This document shows positions 38,034-47,233 of a stretch of 64,000 bases of DNA, piece after piece. This DNA is from Thermoproteus sp. GTDB lineage: Archaea; Thermoproteota; Thermoprotei; Thermoproteales; Thermoproteaceae. Below the pieces are notes generated by a model. The model was not told where the DNA came from. It did not search any database and saw nothing but the letters and a program-made list of their open reading frames with translations. The stretch spans positions 1 through 64,000 of the forward strand of contig JBMFIG010000002.1 of NCBI GenBank assembly GCA_049976425.1, in the 5' to 3' direction. Made by a program: the position numbers and the translations under genes. The number at the start of each line of letters is the position of its first letter. Positions within the stretch are counted from its first letter, which is position 1.

Positions 38034-38888
38034 CTATCTGAAGTAGGCCCAGCCTCTGTACTTCAGCTCCTCGCCCTTGTAGTACACCCTCCCCTCGCCC
38101 TCGACGACCTTGGCGAACGCCATATAGCCCTCGGGCACGCAACGGGGATCTACGGCGAAGACGGGGAGGTACTCCTCGCCCGCGTTTAGGACGACCTCCT
38201 CGGGCTCCACGCCTAGATTCAAGGCCTCCGAGATCACCTCCTCCGGCGCCGGCAACCTCTCCAGGATTATGTCGACCCCTCTGGCCATGGTCCACAACAC
38301 GTCCGCGACGCCGTCCGACGAGTCCATGGAGGCGGAGACGCAGTCGGGCGGCGGAGGCCTAGGCCAATCGAGCATGGGCCTCTTCAGCCACGCGATGCCC
38401 CTGGCGATTACGGGCGACCTCTCTCCCTCTCTAGACGCCACGAAGGCGAGGCCGGTGTAGCCGAACAGAGGAGGCGCGATGAGGACGTGGCCGGGCCTAG
38501 GCCTTCTGCCTATCTTTACGGGGACCGCGCCTATTGCCGCTATGTCCACCACGACCTCCCGTCCTTGGTTGAGATCGCCGCCGAGATACCTAACGCCGAA
38601 GTGGGCCGCCGCCTCCCTAATCCCGTCGAAGACCTCCCTAGCTCTTTGGGCGTCCGGAGCCGTTATGGAGCTGAGCAGGGCTTTAGGGACGGCGAACTTG
38701 ACGAACAGATCGCTCAAGGTGGCGGCGACGGCCCTCCAGCCGAGGTCGGCGTAGGTGTGGAACGGCAACTTGGCCCAGCTCTCCGCGAACCCGTCTATCT
38801 TGACGGCGAACCCGTCGACGTAGGATACGTCGTTATCCTCCTCGCCCAGCTCTTTAAGGAAAAGACGGAGGAGTACCTTCTCGTCCAC
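38034..38888 (-). CDS. thiL: Thiamine-monophosphate kinase
   Basis: LGWRAVAATLSD, LGGDLN, MDSSDG and AGEEY. Confidence 0.85.
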   Translation of the reverse strand: MDEKVLLRLFLKELGEEDNDVSYVDGFAVKIDGFAESWAKLPFHTYADLGWRAVAATLSDLFVKFAVPKALLSSITAPDAQRAREVFDGIREAAAHFGVRYLGGDLNQGREVVVDIAAIGAVPVKIGRRPRPGHVLIAPPLFGYTGLAFVASREGERSPVIARGIAWLKRPMLDWPRPPPPDCVSASMDSSDGVADVLWTMARGVDIILERLPAPEEVISEALNLGVEPEEVVLNAGEEYLPVFAVDPRCVPEGYMAFAKVVEGEGRVYYKGEELKYRGWAYFR

Positions 38889-39254
38889 CTACTCCACCGA
38901 CCTATAGATTAAATCGGTTACGTCGTCCACCTCCCCGTTCTTCAGAGGGGTCCAGAGAGGCGATCTGTCGCGGCAGATGATATAGCGGATTTTGGATCTG
39001 CTGTCGTCCCTCGTCACGAGGCCCTTGGCGGTCAGCCCCTCCAAAACGTGTTTGACCAAAGTGAGGGCTATAGGCGCCGTTGTGTCTATGCCGGCGAACT
39101 CCAGGACTCTGCGCGGCGTGAACGAGACGCAGTTGCCGCGGGCCTCCGAGACTATCTTGTAGAGCCCCAGTGCGACGGTCTTGGTCACCTCTCTGAAGTC
39201 CGTGATGTTAAACGGCCTCATGTAGGGGGGACTCTCGGCGAAAATAAGACTCAC
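38889..39254 (-). CDS. Hypothetical protein, possible winged-helix fold
   Basis: VKHVLEGLTAKGLV...SKIRYII resembles a wHTH helix and wing; stop abuts the thiL start. Confidence 0.65.
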   Translation of the reverse strand: MSLIFAESPPYMRPFNITDFREVTKTVALGLYKIVSEARGNCVSFTPRRVLEFAGIDTTAPIALTLVKHVLEGLTAKGLVTRDDSRSKIRYIICRDRSPLWTPLKNGEVDDVTDLIYRSVE

Positions 39255-39385
39255 AAACCGGATGGGATACCCCTAGATCCATTCTGCCTGTGATACAGGC
39301 CTCGGTCTGCCACGGTGAATGTACGGCTTAAATACGCCGGCCTGAAGACGTACAGGTCTATTACAGGGGTGATAATTGCGAGATA

Positions 39386-40165
39386 CTATAAATAGAGCGA
39401 TATCAAGATATACGTCAAGCCAAGAGATGCTTCAACTATCAAGTTGACAGCTTCATTTGTCAAGTAGCCAGACACCTTGTAGTCGGGACACCTCGGCTCG
39501 TCGTACATATCGGCGCCGCAGAAGAACTTCCTCTGCGCCACGGCGCCCACCACGCTGTCTAGGACATCGCCGGCGAAGCCCAGCCCCCAGACCACGTAGG
39601 GGTTGACGCCGAGGAGCAAGTACGAGAGGAGGGCGACGGAGGCGGCCCCCGCCAGGGAGGCCAACGTCCCGGCCAAAGTGACGCCGCCTGACGTGCCCGG
39701 CTCCACCCGCACCCAGGGCTTGGTTATCAGCCTCGGCCTTCCGCCGTAGGCCACGCCGACCTCGCTGGCCCACGTATCGGCGGTGGCTATAGCTATGGCG
39801 GCTACTGTGGCGGTCAGCGCGGGGCGGACGCCTGCCATGTACAGCAACGCGAAGAGCGCCATCGGGGTCCCCACCCCGACCACTTGAGTTATGGATCTGC
39901 CGGCCACGTCCTTAAGCCCGTGTTGGGCCTTCCAAGACCCCCTCAGCCTCGTCAAGAGGCTCGCAGACACGAAGAAGTATATGAATACTGCGAAGACGGC
40001 GATCCCGGTAGCGGCGAGAGCCCAAGCTATCAACGTACCCGCCACGGCCCCCCTCAGGTTTATGAAACGGGCTCTATACGCCGCGAAGGCGAAGGCCGGA
40101 ACGACCGCGGCTATGGCCAGCTGGGCGAGGTCCACGCCCCCCTCCAGCCTATGGTATATATCCAT
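39386..40165 (-). CDS. DUF92 (TMEM19/VTE6 family) membrane protein
   Basis: [36 protein letters not shown] and NEAVN. Start may be a few codons downstream. Confidence 0.88.
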   Translation of the reverse strand: MDIYHRLEGGVDLAQLAIAAVVPAFAFAAYRARFINLRGAVAGTLIAWALAATGIAVFAVFIYFFVSASLLTRLRGSWKAQHGLKDVAGRSITQVVGVGTPMALFALLYMAGVRPALTATVAAIAIATADTWASEVGVAYGGRPRLITKPWVRVEPGTSGGVTLAGTLASLAGAASVALLSYLLLGVNPYVVWGLGFAGDVLDSVVGAVAQRKFFCGADMYDEPRCPDYKVSGYLTNEAVNLIVEASLGLTYILISLYL

Positions 40166-40189
40166 TTAAAGAAGGTGTATGACGGCGCC

Positions 40190-41194
40190 ATGGACGTGCT
40201 CGACAGGCTGTCGGAGAAGTACGGCCCCCGCATCGAGGAGGCGTTGGCGAGGTATCTGTTGAGGGACGTGGCGGACGACTTCAAAGACGCGGTGCTCTAC
40301 CAGGTCTCCACAGGCGGCAAGCGCCTGAGGCCGATCTTGACGTTGGCGGTCGCCGAGGCCGTATCTGGCGACTACGAGAAGGCCCTGCCGGCGGCGGCCA
40401 TAGTGGAGCTCATACACAACTACAGCCTCATATACGACGACATAATCGATAGGGGCGAGGTCAGGAGGAACAAGCCGACGACGAGGGCCGCCTTCGGCGA
40501 CTACGCGGCTATCCTCATCGGCATATGGTACCGCGAGGCCATCGAGGAGGCCGTGTTGGACACGCCCAAGCCGCCGGAGTTCGCCAGAGAGGTGGCCAAA
40601 GTGATAAAGGCCATAGACGAGGGCGAGAGGCTCGACATACTCTTCGAGCTGGCCGGCCGGGACGATCCCTATTTCGTCAAGGCCAGATGGCCCTCCGTCA
40701 AGCTCGACGACTATATAAGGATGGTCGGCTTGAAGACGGGGGCCTTGATAGCGGCGGCGGCCAAATGGGGCGCCATGAGCGTCGCCGACGACAGACAGCT
40801 TGCGGACGCCGCGTGGGACTTCGGCATGAACGCCGGCATAGCCTTCCAAATAGTCGACGACGTCCTCGACATATTCGGCGACCCGAAAAAGTTCGGCAAG
40901 GAGATCGGGAAGGACATAAAGGAGCACAAGAGGGGCAACATCGTCGTGTTGCTCGGCCTTGAGGAGCTCGACGAGAGATCGCGCGGCGAGCTCCTCTCGA
41001 TCCTGTCCAAGCCGACGGTGAGCGACGAAGACGCCAGACGCGGCGTCCGTATGCTGGAGGGCACCAACGCCAAGGAGAGGGCCCTGGCCCTGGCCGACAA
41101 GTATCGGGAAAGGGCTCTTGCGAGCCTCTCCAAAATGCCGCACAATAAGGACCTAGAGGAGCTGGCGGCCTTCATAGTACAGAGGCAGTTCTGA
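40190..41194 (+). CDS. Geranylgeranyl diphosphate synthase (polyprenyl synthetase)
   Basis: [17 protein letters not shown]...RR, KTG and FQIVDDVLD. Start moved to ATG 40190 after TTTAAA. Confidence 0.93.
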   Translation: MDVLDRLSEKYGPRIEEALARYLLRDVADDFKDAVLYQVSTGGKRLRPILTLAVAEAVSGDYEKALPAAAIVELIHNYSLIYDDIIDRGEVRRNKPTTRAAFGDYAAILIGIWYREAIEEAVLDTPKPPEFAREVAKVIKAIDEGERLDILFELAGRDDPYFVKARWPSVKLDDYIRMVGLKTGALIAAAAKWGAMSVADDRQLADAAWDFGMNAGIAFQIVDDVLDIFGDPKKFGKEIGKDIKEHKRGNIVVLLGLEELDERSRGELLSILSKPTVSDEDARRGVRMLEGTNAKERALALADKYRERALASLSKMPHNKDLEELAAFIVQRQF

Positions 41195-41913
41195 TGTTGG
41201 TGGTCAAATTCGGCGGCTCCGCCATCACGGACAAGAAGAGGCCCTACACGTATAGGTGGGGGAGGCTGAGGGCGGCCGCGCAGGCGCTTAGGGGGACGCG
41301 CGCTATACTCATACACGGGGCGGGCTCCTTCGCCCACCCACACGTGAGGGCCTTCGGCCTAACGCCGGCCGGCGTGGCCAAGACCAAGGCCGCCTTGAGG
41401 AGACAGACCGCGATGGTGGTGGAGGACTTGGCGGCCGCCGGCATCTACGCCATGCCGATCGAGCCCAGCGAGGTCTTCTGGGGCGCCAAGCTCGTCCGCA
41501 GAGAGCCCATCGACGCGGCTCTGTCGGCGGGGCTGTATCCGCTTCTCCACGGAGACGTGGTCCCGTCCGACGGCGGCTACGTCGTGGTGAGCGGCGACGA
41601 TATGGCCGTGGAGCTGGCCTCGGAGTATAGGCCTCGGGCCGTCGTCTTCTTGATGGACGTCGACGGCATATACACCGCGGAGCCGGGAACTCCAGGCGCC
41701 GTGAAGTTGAGGGAGATCGCGGGCGGCGTGGCGGGAGGGGCCGCCGGCATAGACGTGACGGGCGGCATAGCCAAGAAGGTCGAGGCCGGGCTCGCCATCG
41801 CCGGGCTCGGGATACCGGCGTACTATTGCTCCATCGACGACGTTGCCGCCGTCGCCGACCTGGCGGCGGGCAGAGAGCCGGAGACCTGTAGCGTGGCTAG
41901 GCCTAGCAGGTGA
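41194..41913 (+). CDS. ipk: Isopentenyl phosphate kinase
   Basis: VKFGGSAITDK, HGAGSFAH, HGDVV, SGD and DVTGGI..K; coupled to the GGPP synthase gene. Confidence 0.9.
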   Translation: MLVVKFGGSAITDKKRPYTYRWGRLRAAAQALRGTRAILIHGAGSFAHPHVRAFGLTPAGVAKTKAALRRQTAMVVEDLAAAGIYAMPIEPSEVFWGAKLVRREPIDAALSAGLYPLLHGDVVPSDGGYVVVSGDDMAVELASEYRPRAVVFLMDVDGIYTAEPGTPGAVKLREIAGGVAGGAAGIDVTGGIAKKVEAGLAIAGLGIPAYYCSIDDVAAVADLAAGREPETCSVARPSR

Positions 41914-42181
41914 CCGTGGGGGCGTTCGCCGTGAGGTACAACGCCAGCACTACATATATCAGCAACAAGACCACGACCGCGCCCCACAAGAGCGTGCTGT
42001 TCCTATCGCGGGCGTAGAAGACCGCGGTGGCCGTCAAGACGCCGAGGACGGTATACCACAGCAGGCCCCCGCACAGGGAGGGGAAGAGCACTATGGACCA
42101 AAAGCCCTGGAGGAATAGGGCCACTAGGACTGCGGCAACCACCGTTATGACCAAGGCGAGCTTGTCGGTCCCGCGCGGCAT
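41903..42181 (-). CDS. Small membrane protein
   Basis: Three hydrophobic segments and a TTTAAA box upstream. Confidence 0.65.
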   Translation of the reverse strand: MPRGTDKLALVITVVAAVLVALFLQGFWSIVLFPSLCGGLLWYTVLGVLTATAVFYARDRNSTLLWGAVVVLLLIYVVLALYLTANAPTVTC

Positions 42182-42248
42182 GTACCCCGCGACGGGGGGC
42201 CCATTTAAATGTTCTTAGTGTTTTTAAACAGGTGCCGGGTTCGGTGCC

Positions 42249-42782
42249 ATGTCTGTTCTGACCCAGACAGTGACGAGGTGCCCGGTGTGCGGCGCCAACA
42301 CGTTCAACTACACGGAGTTCCTCTACGACGCGCCGTATTTCGGCAACATAGTGGTCTCGACCGGCTTCTGCAGGACGTGCGGCTACAGATTCTTCGACGT
42401 GGACTACGCCGAGTCGGGCAACCCCACGCGGGTCGTCTTCAAGGCGGAGGACGGCGACGACGTGTCGAAATCGTTGTTGATCAGGTCGAAGACCGGCAGC
42501 GTCAGATCGCCGGATCTGGGCTTCAGCCTCGAGCCGGGCCCCCAGGCCGAGCCCTTCGTGACTACGGTGGAGGGGCTCCTCTACAGAGCTCTCGACTACG
42601 CAGAGCGTCTGAAGGTTTTGGAGCCCGAGAGCGCGCAGAGGGTGGACGAGTTCATGGAGAGAGTGCGGAAGGCCATAGAGGCGGGCGGCTTCACCTTGAT
42701 AGTGGAGGATCCTCTGGGCAAGAGCGTGGTCGTCCCTAGACGGCCCGAGCTTGTGAGGATAGAGCCCCTCGGCAGTACCTAG
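42249..42782 (+). CDS. ZPR1-related zinc finger protein
   Basis: CPVCG, PYFG...CRTCGYR, TTVEG and EDPLG.S. Confidence 0.92.
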   Translation: MSVLTQTVTRCPVCGANTFNYTEFLYDAPYFGNIVVSTGFCRTCGYRFFDVDYAESGNPTRVVFKAEDGDDVSKSLLIRSKTGSVRSPDLGFSLEPGPQAEPFVTTVEGLLYRALDYAERLKVLEPESAQRVDEFMERVRKAIEAGGFTLIVEDPLGKSVVVPRRPELVRIEPLGST

Positions 42783-43326
42783 CTAGGTAGGTCTTCAGCA
42801 GGTCGGGGTAGGGCGGCGGGTAGCCGGAGAGCTTCTTGACAAACATCTCGATTAGGTCCCTCGTGTCGTATCCTCTCTCGGCGTAGCGGCACGCCCTTAT
42901 TAGAGTCGCCAGCTTGTCGGCGAAGGAGACCAGAACGCCGAGCTTCCCGTCGGCTTTCCTGTAGCTCTGGAAAAGCTCGTAGAGGTGCGGGTACAAGCGC
43001 CTCATTGCCTCGAGCTCCAGAGACTCCCAGTCCACGACAGCCCGGACCCCGTTGCCGGGATGGCCCAGCTCGGCCTCGGCCAGATCGTGTATGGCCGCCG
43101 CCGCGACCGCCTTGGCGACGTCCACGTCCTCGCCTCTAGACCTCAGCTCGGCCGCTATCTCGCCGGCCAGAAGCGCGGCCAGGAAGGCGTGTTGGCACAC
43201 GGTCTCCGCCGCCTCGACCCCCCTCTGCAACCAGCCGATGCGCTTGATGTTGCAGAGCGTGTCGACGACGCTGACGAGGTCCCTGGCCCCCTCCCCGCCC
43301 TTCGGCATTCCCTCAGGGCGAGTCAT
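42736..43326 (-). CDS. HD-domain hydrolase (YfbR-like); the first ~15 residues come from the IS right end
   Basis: KRIGW..RG...ETV..H, IHDLAEA and ADKL. Native sequence starts at (M)DLVSV, at 43282. Confidence 0.85.
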   Translation of the reverse strand: MTRPEGMPKGGEGARDLVSVVDTLCNIKRIGWLQRGVEAAETVCQHAFLAALLAGEIAAELRSRGEDVDVAKAVAAAAIHDLAEAELGHPGNGVRAVVDWESLELEAMRRLYPHLYELFQSYRKADGKLGVLVSFADKLATLIRACRYAERGYDTRDLIEMFVKKLSGYPPPYPDLLKTYLARYCRGALSSQARAV

Positions 43327-43400
43327 CGGCGCCCTCTACCCCTGCCCGTCTGGGCAGGGGTCATGGGGCTGGCCCGGGCCAGCACGGCGGGCCTTGAGAC
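43283..43400 (-). ncRNA. Candidate TnpB omega/reRNA scaffold
   Basis: Perfect hairpin ACCCCTGCCC-N4-GGGCAGGGGT (43338-43361) plus the right-end hairpin, overlapping the tnpB 3' end as expected for this family. The 5' boundary is a guess. Confidence 0.5.
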
Positions 43401-44674
43401 GGGCCTCTCGGCTTGGAGGACTATTCTACTCCATTCCTCCAGCCGTCTCTCGTCCACAGCAGATAGGGCTTTCTTGACGATCTCGGCGAATCTGGGATCG
43501 AGTTTTTCCGCGGCCCTCCTCAACATGTTGAGGACGGAGGCCACATCTCTGTGGACCCAGTGGTTGTGCGGACACAGCCCGATCTTCGGCCCCATCGGGA
43601 AGGAAAGCGGTTCGCCGTGTATTGGACACGTCTTGGAGTTCCTGTACGCGGATACCAGCAGGAGCCTCAGCCCCCTCTCCTCCGCCTTATCGGCGGTCTT
43701 GGCCAGTATCGCCTTCATCGGCGTTTGCTTGACGCGGTGCCTCAACTCGGCGTTTCTAGTCCTCTCAACCATCTCCTCTTGAGGCCTCTCGCCTACATCC
43801 TCTGTGATGAGGACGGCGGGCTCCTTCGTTAATTCGTGGGCAACCTTATTGACCCTATCCCTCTTCCTGTCCCTCTCCCTCAGCCTCCTCACCCGCTTCC
43901 TGTACTCTCTCGTGTGGACGCCGGATGCCCTCTTCCCGTTTATTTCTACTGTCAGCTCCTCGGCCCACTTCCTGCGGATCGCGCCGTAGCGCTTGGCCAG
44001 ACGGCCGAAATCGGTGCGGAACACCTTAATCGAGATCGGCGGAGATATCCACTGACAGTTCTGCCGCGCGACCGTATCGACAGTGGCCTTTAGATCAACC
44101 CTAGCCGCGACGACAGTGTTCTCATTGACGTCGAAGGCGGTTATGGCTACGGGCTCCTTCTCCCCTTCTGGCTCCACCTCGTAGGTGAAGACGGCGTATA
44201 CCCTGTCTCTGACGCGCTTCAGCCTAATCGTGCTGGCGCGTTTAGCCCTCCCCGTCTTGGCAAGCCACTCGAACTTCCAGAAGCGTCTGTGGGGCCAGAG
44301 CTCCACTACATGCCTGCCGGACATGAGGCGGATTGATAGAGCGGTCGCCGAGTCGAAGCGCCAGGCATCGCCTCTTACGTAAGGCGCCACGCGCCCCACC
44401 CTCGGAGGCCTCCTTCCCGCCTCGGCCCAAGAGTTGTACGCCTCCACGGCGTCCTTAACCGCCTGTTGCTGGTAGGCGGCGGGGAGGCCGAACTGCTTGA
44501 CGGAGTCCTTCACCTCGTGCCATACGCGGAAGTAGCTGGCCCCCCGTACTTCTCCACGAGGTAGTCCACCGTCATCTGCTTAGCCTTCCTGTACGCCCTC
44601 TCAAGCTCTAGGTAGTCGAGGAGCTGGTTGCCGTCGAGCAGAAGCGGCACTGCGACAGAGCGCCTAACCACCAT
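43323..44674 (-). pseudogene. tnpB: TnpB RNA-guided nuclease, frameshifted at a G6 run
   Basis: RuvC motifs AFDVNE, ITEDV and HRDVASVLN, plus SKTCPIHG...CPH. The upstream segment from ATG 44674 (MVVRRSV...EKYGG) needs one extra base at 44540-44545 to join ASYFRVWHEVKD. Confidence 0.8.
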
Positions 44675-44949
44675 AACTAAATTAAGGCCTTGTTAAAAGC
44701 CCTACCCCACCCTAAAGGGCGAGGTTTGCCGCCGCTCTATGACGCCCGCCCCGCGTGCACAACAACTGTTCGAAAGACATCCGCCCAGCCGTTGGAGCTC
44801 CCTGTGCCATGGAGCGTAATGCCGTGCATCTGTGGCCGGGTTGCTGCATATGGCTTGGCTTGTTGGTCCTCGTCCAGGAAGCACTTGCCCGTGCCACCTT
44901 ACACTAATGGGCCTTTATCGGACTGGAGTTCGAGGTCATCTCTATATCT

Positions 44950-45029
44950 TTCCTAAACTCTCGTCTACGCTTTCCTAAGTAGGAAAAATATAGGCGAAAG
45001 TTTAGGAAGAATGTATTAGGAAGAATGTA
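44950..45029. repeat. Nested inverted repeat followed by a 14-bp tandem duplication
   Basis: TTCCTAAACT (44950) pairs with AGTTTAGGAA (44999), TCGTCTA with TAGGCGA, and TTTCCTA-AG-TAGGAAA (44971-44986) is the core. TTAGGAAGAATGTA occurs twice (45002-45029). Confidence 0.8.
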
Positions 45030-45037
45030 GATGGAAG

Positions 45038-45445
45038 CTATTTGACGACTAGGACGCTTACGTCGCTTTCCTGCACAAGTCTGCTCGCCACGCTCCCGAG
45101 GAGAGATCTCCGGATCGTCGAAAGCCCTCTGCTCCCCACCACTACTAAATCAGCCTTGACCTCCTTGGCGAATTTCGCTATCTCGTGCGGCGGATCGCCC
45201 TCAAGCAACCTACTCTCGGCTGTCGGGATCACGCCGAGGGCCTCTCTCAGAGCCTTCTCCCCGCTTTCGCGCAGGCTTTTCACAACGCTTGGGGTCGAGA
45301 AGGCCTCCGAGAGCGACAAAACGGCGGTGTCGACCACATGAACCACGTATACCTTGGAACCGAACTTCTCAGCAATTACCTTTGCAGTCTCGAGAGCCTT
45401 TTTGGCATGTTGAGACCCGTCGTACGCTACGACTATGGTCTTCAT
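45038..45445 (-). CDS. Universal stress protein
   Basis: IVVAYDGS, ADLVVVGSRG and LLGSVA. Start moved to ATG 45445. Confidence 0.93.
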   Translation of the reverse strand: MKTIVVAYDGSQHAKKALETAKVIAEKFGSKVYVVHVVDTAVLSLSEAFSTPSVVKSLRESGEKALREALGVIPTAESRLLEGDPPHEIAKFAKEVKADLVVVGSRGLSTIRRSLLGSVASRLVQESDVSVLVVK

Positions 45446-45631
45446 AGAGAGGTGACCGACTCTGGTTTTTAACATTTCCGTCATAGTAATACCTAATTTG
45501 TGAGAATGAGATATATTTATTTATTGATTAATATTATTTAATTATAAATAAAATAAAATTACTATAGGTTGGTTCATCCAAATAATCGTCTTGGTGCGTA
45601 TCTAAGGTGCTTTTATAGGGTCGTTTTCGGC

Positions 45632-46198
45632 ATGGAGCACCTGTCCATATACCGCATGGCTGACGCCGTCCACGCCCTATTTGCGATCGATAGAGAGCCG
45701 TATGCGCTGAACGCGTTTCTGAAGATAGCAAACAGCTGGGTGTTGAGAGCGCTTTCCGACGTTCCGGGCTCGGATCTCAGGAGGCGTGCTTGTGGGGCCT
45801 TTATAAAACTGCTGGACAAAGCACGGAGCGTATTGGAAGCCCCGGCGGTCGTCAGAGCGCCCTGCTCGCCTAGAGGCGCGGCAAAGATAGAATCTATTAA
45901 GTACAGTGGCTGTGCCAAGTTTTTGGCAGAATGGGGGGCCGAGTTTGTCTATAGGTTTGTCTACGACGAAAGGATAAGGGCTAGGGCCGTAAAAGCTGCC
46001 GCGAGAAATTTGGCGGCTTATATGCAATACGGCTTGAGGGTCGAGGGCCCATATGCTGACGACTGGCTTGTCCTCGCCGAGGCTCCGCCGAGCTACGAGC
46101 CCCGCGACGTCGTGTGGAAGCCCTTTATGGCCAGAGTAAAGGTAGACATACTGCCTCAATGCGTGCAACTGTCCGCGGACGTTAGGACATGGATGTAA
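45632..46198 (+). CDS. Hypothetical protein, first gene of the pilus-associated operon
   Basis: ATG lies ~20 nt after TTTTATA and the gene overlaps the next one. Confidence 0.7.
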   Translation: MEHLSIYRMADAVHALFAIDREPYALNAFLKIANSWVLRALSDVPGSDLRRRACGAFIKLLDKARSVLEAPAVVRAPCSPRGAAKIESIKYSGCAKFLAEWGAEFVYRFVYDERIRARAVKAAARNLAAYMQYGLRVEGPYADDWLVLAEAPPSYEPRDVVWKPFMARVKVDILPQCVQLSADVRTWM

Positions 46199-46890
46199 AG
46201 GTCGATATAATAAACGCAGACAATCTCGCCGACTTCTTGAAGGAGCAGGCCGGAGCCACGGTGATAGATCCGTATCCCGAAATCGTGCCGACGGCGTTGG
46301 AGGACAAACTGCTATATCTAGCCTCGTCAATATACGGAGGGATAAGTCCTCTACCGCTGTTCTCGTTTGAGAAGGGAGGGGGCCGTTATTTACTGTCGCC
46401 GAGGCTCCACAAGCTTTTGGCCGACCTAATGCCGGGCCTCAAGGTGCTCCATATAGAGGTTGTCGGCGAGCCGCAGTACCCGTTTACGGCGATCGCGCTC
46501 GTGCTCAGAGATCTCGGCATCAGCGTCGACGAAAAATTCCTCAAGCAGTACATCTGTCCCGAGCTTGCCGCGTTGGAGGAGGACGACGTGCCGCTGGCGC
46601 GCGCCATAAGATCTGCCGTGTCCAAATACCTGACGATGGCGTCGTCGGGCGCCTCGACGCGATCGATAAAGTGTTTCTGCGGGCTCTGCGAGGATCGCGG
46701 CAGTGGACTGGACCTAGACGCGCTGGCGTTGAGCTTGACGAAGAGAGGCGCGTCGAGGGCATACAGCCGCCGCGGGTTAATGGACCTAAACGACGAGGAC
46801 AAGGCCATAATCATGCGCGTCATAAGAGGGCTTTCCATACCCGAATTCAGAAGGGAGCTCATCGATCTGCTCAACCGATATGAGGTATAG
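46189..46890 (+). CDS. Hypothetical protein, possibly a degenerate ParB/Srx-like domain
   Basis: LASSIYGGISPLPLF...GRYLL has ParB/Srx-like spacing but lacks the GxxR motif; also has a CFCGLC cluster. Confidence 0.5.
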   Translation: MDVKVDIINADNLADFLKEQAGATVIDPYPEIVPTALEDKLLYLASSIYGGISPLPLFSFEKGGGRYLLSPRLHKLLADLMPGLKVLHIEVVGEPQYPFTAIALVLRDLGISVDEKFLKQYICPELAALEEDDVPLARAIRSAVSKYLTMASSGASTRSIKCFCGLCEDRGSGLDLDALALSLTKRGASRAYSRRGLMDLNDEDKAIIMRVIRGLSIPEFRRELIDLLNRYEV

Positions 46891-47233
46891 ACGCGGCGAC
46901 TTCGAGGCGTCGTTTGTGCGGATAGGCGGGGACAAGTACAGAGTTGAATTAAAGTATAGGGGGAGGCCTCTAAAGATTAAGAAGATTGTTTTGGAGTATC
47001 TCGTCTACGATCGTTACAGATATGCCGTAGATCCCCACAGCGAGGTCCTCTACGTATTTATCTCGCGGACGCCTCCCGTAGTTGTCAAGTCGGCATGGAG
47101 GTCCTCCAAGATAATAGCGAAGGCCAAGGACGGCGCTCTGGCCGCCGTCGCCGACGTTGTCCTCGACTTCGCCGAGGTCTACATGACGGCGTACAGGGCC
47201 AATGCCCTCGATAGATTATTCCATGAGGACTAA
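46880..47233 (+). CDS. Hypothetical basic protein
   Basis: 117 aa, overlaps both neighbours. Confidence 0.7.
   Translation: MRYRRGDFEASFVRIGGDKYRVELKYRGRPLKIKKIVLEYLVYDRYRYAVDPHSEVLYVFISRTPPVVVKSAWRSSKIIAKAKDGALAAVADVVLDFAEVYMTAYRANALDRLFHED

Larger units (their letters stand above)
43283..44738 (-). mobile_element. Non-autonomous IS200/IS605-family element (IS1341-type, tnpB only)
   Basis: tnpB is flanked by related subterminal hairpins: left ACCTCGCCCT-TT-AGGGTGGGGT (44725-44704), right CTCGCCCT...AGGGCGGGGAGGGGGCCAG ending 43283. No tnpA and no target duplication. Joining the flanks restores ATG GAC CTC. Confidence 0.82.

Noticed and set aside
43323-44674. Cas12f/type V CRISPR effector or IStron
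   Set aside because: No CRISPR array nearby, IS-type hairpin ends are present, and there is little non-coding room or visible core for a group I intron.
44690-44956. Short ORFs left of the IS (44690-44956, 44702-44884, 44712-44897)
   Set aside because: Atypical composition, they run across the IS end, and they have no motifs.
45002-45029. Tandem repeat as a CRISPR remnant
   Set aside because: Two adjacent 14-bp copies with no spacer and no cas genes.
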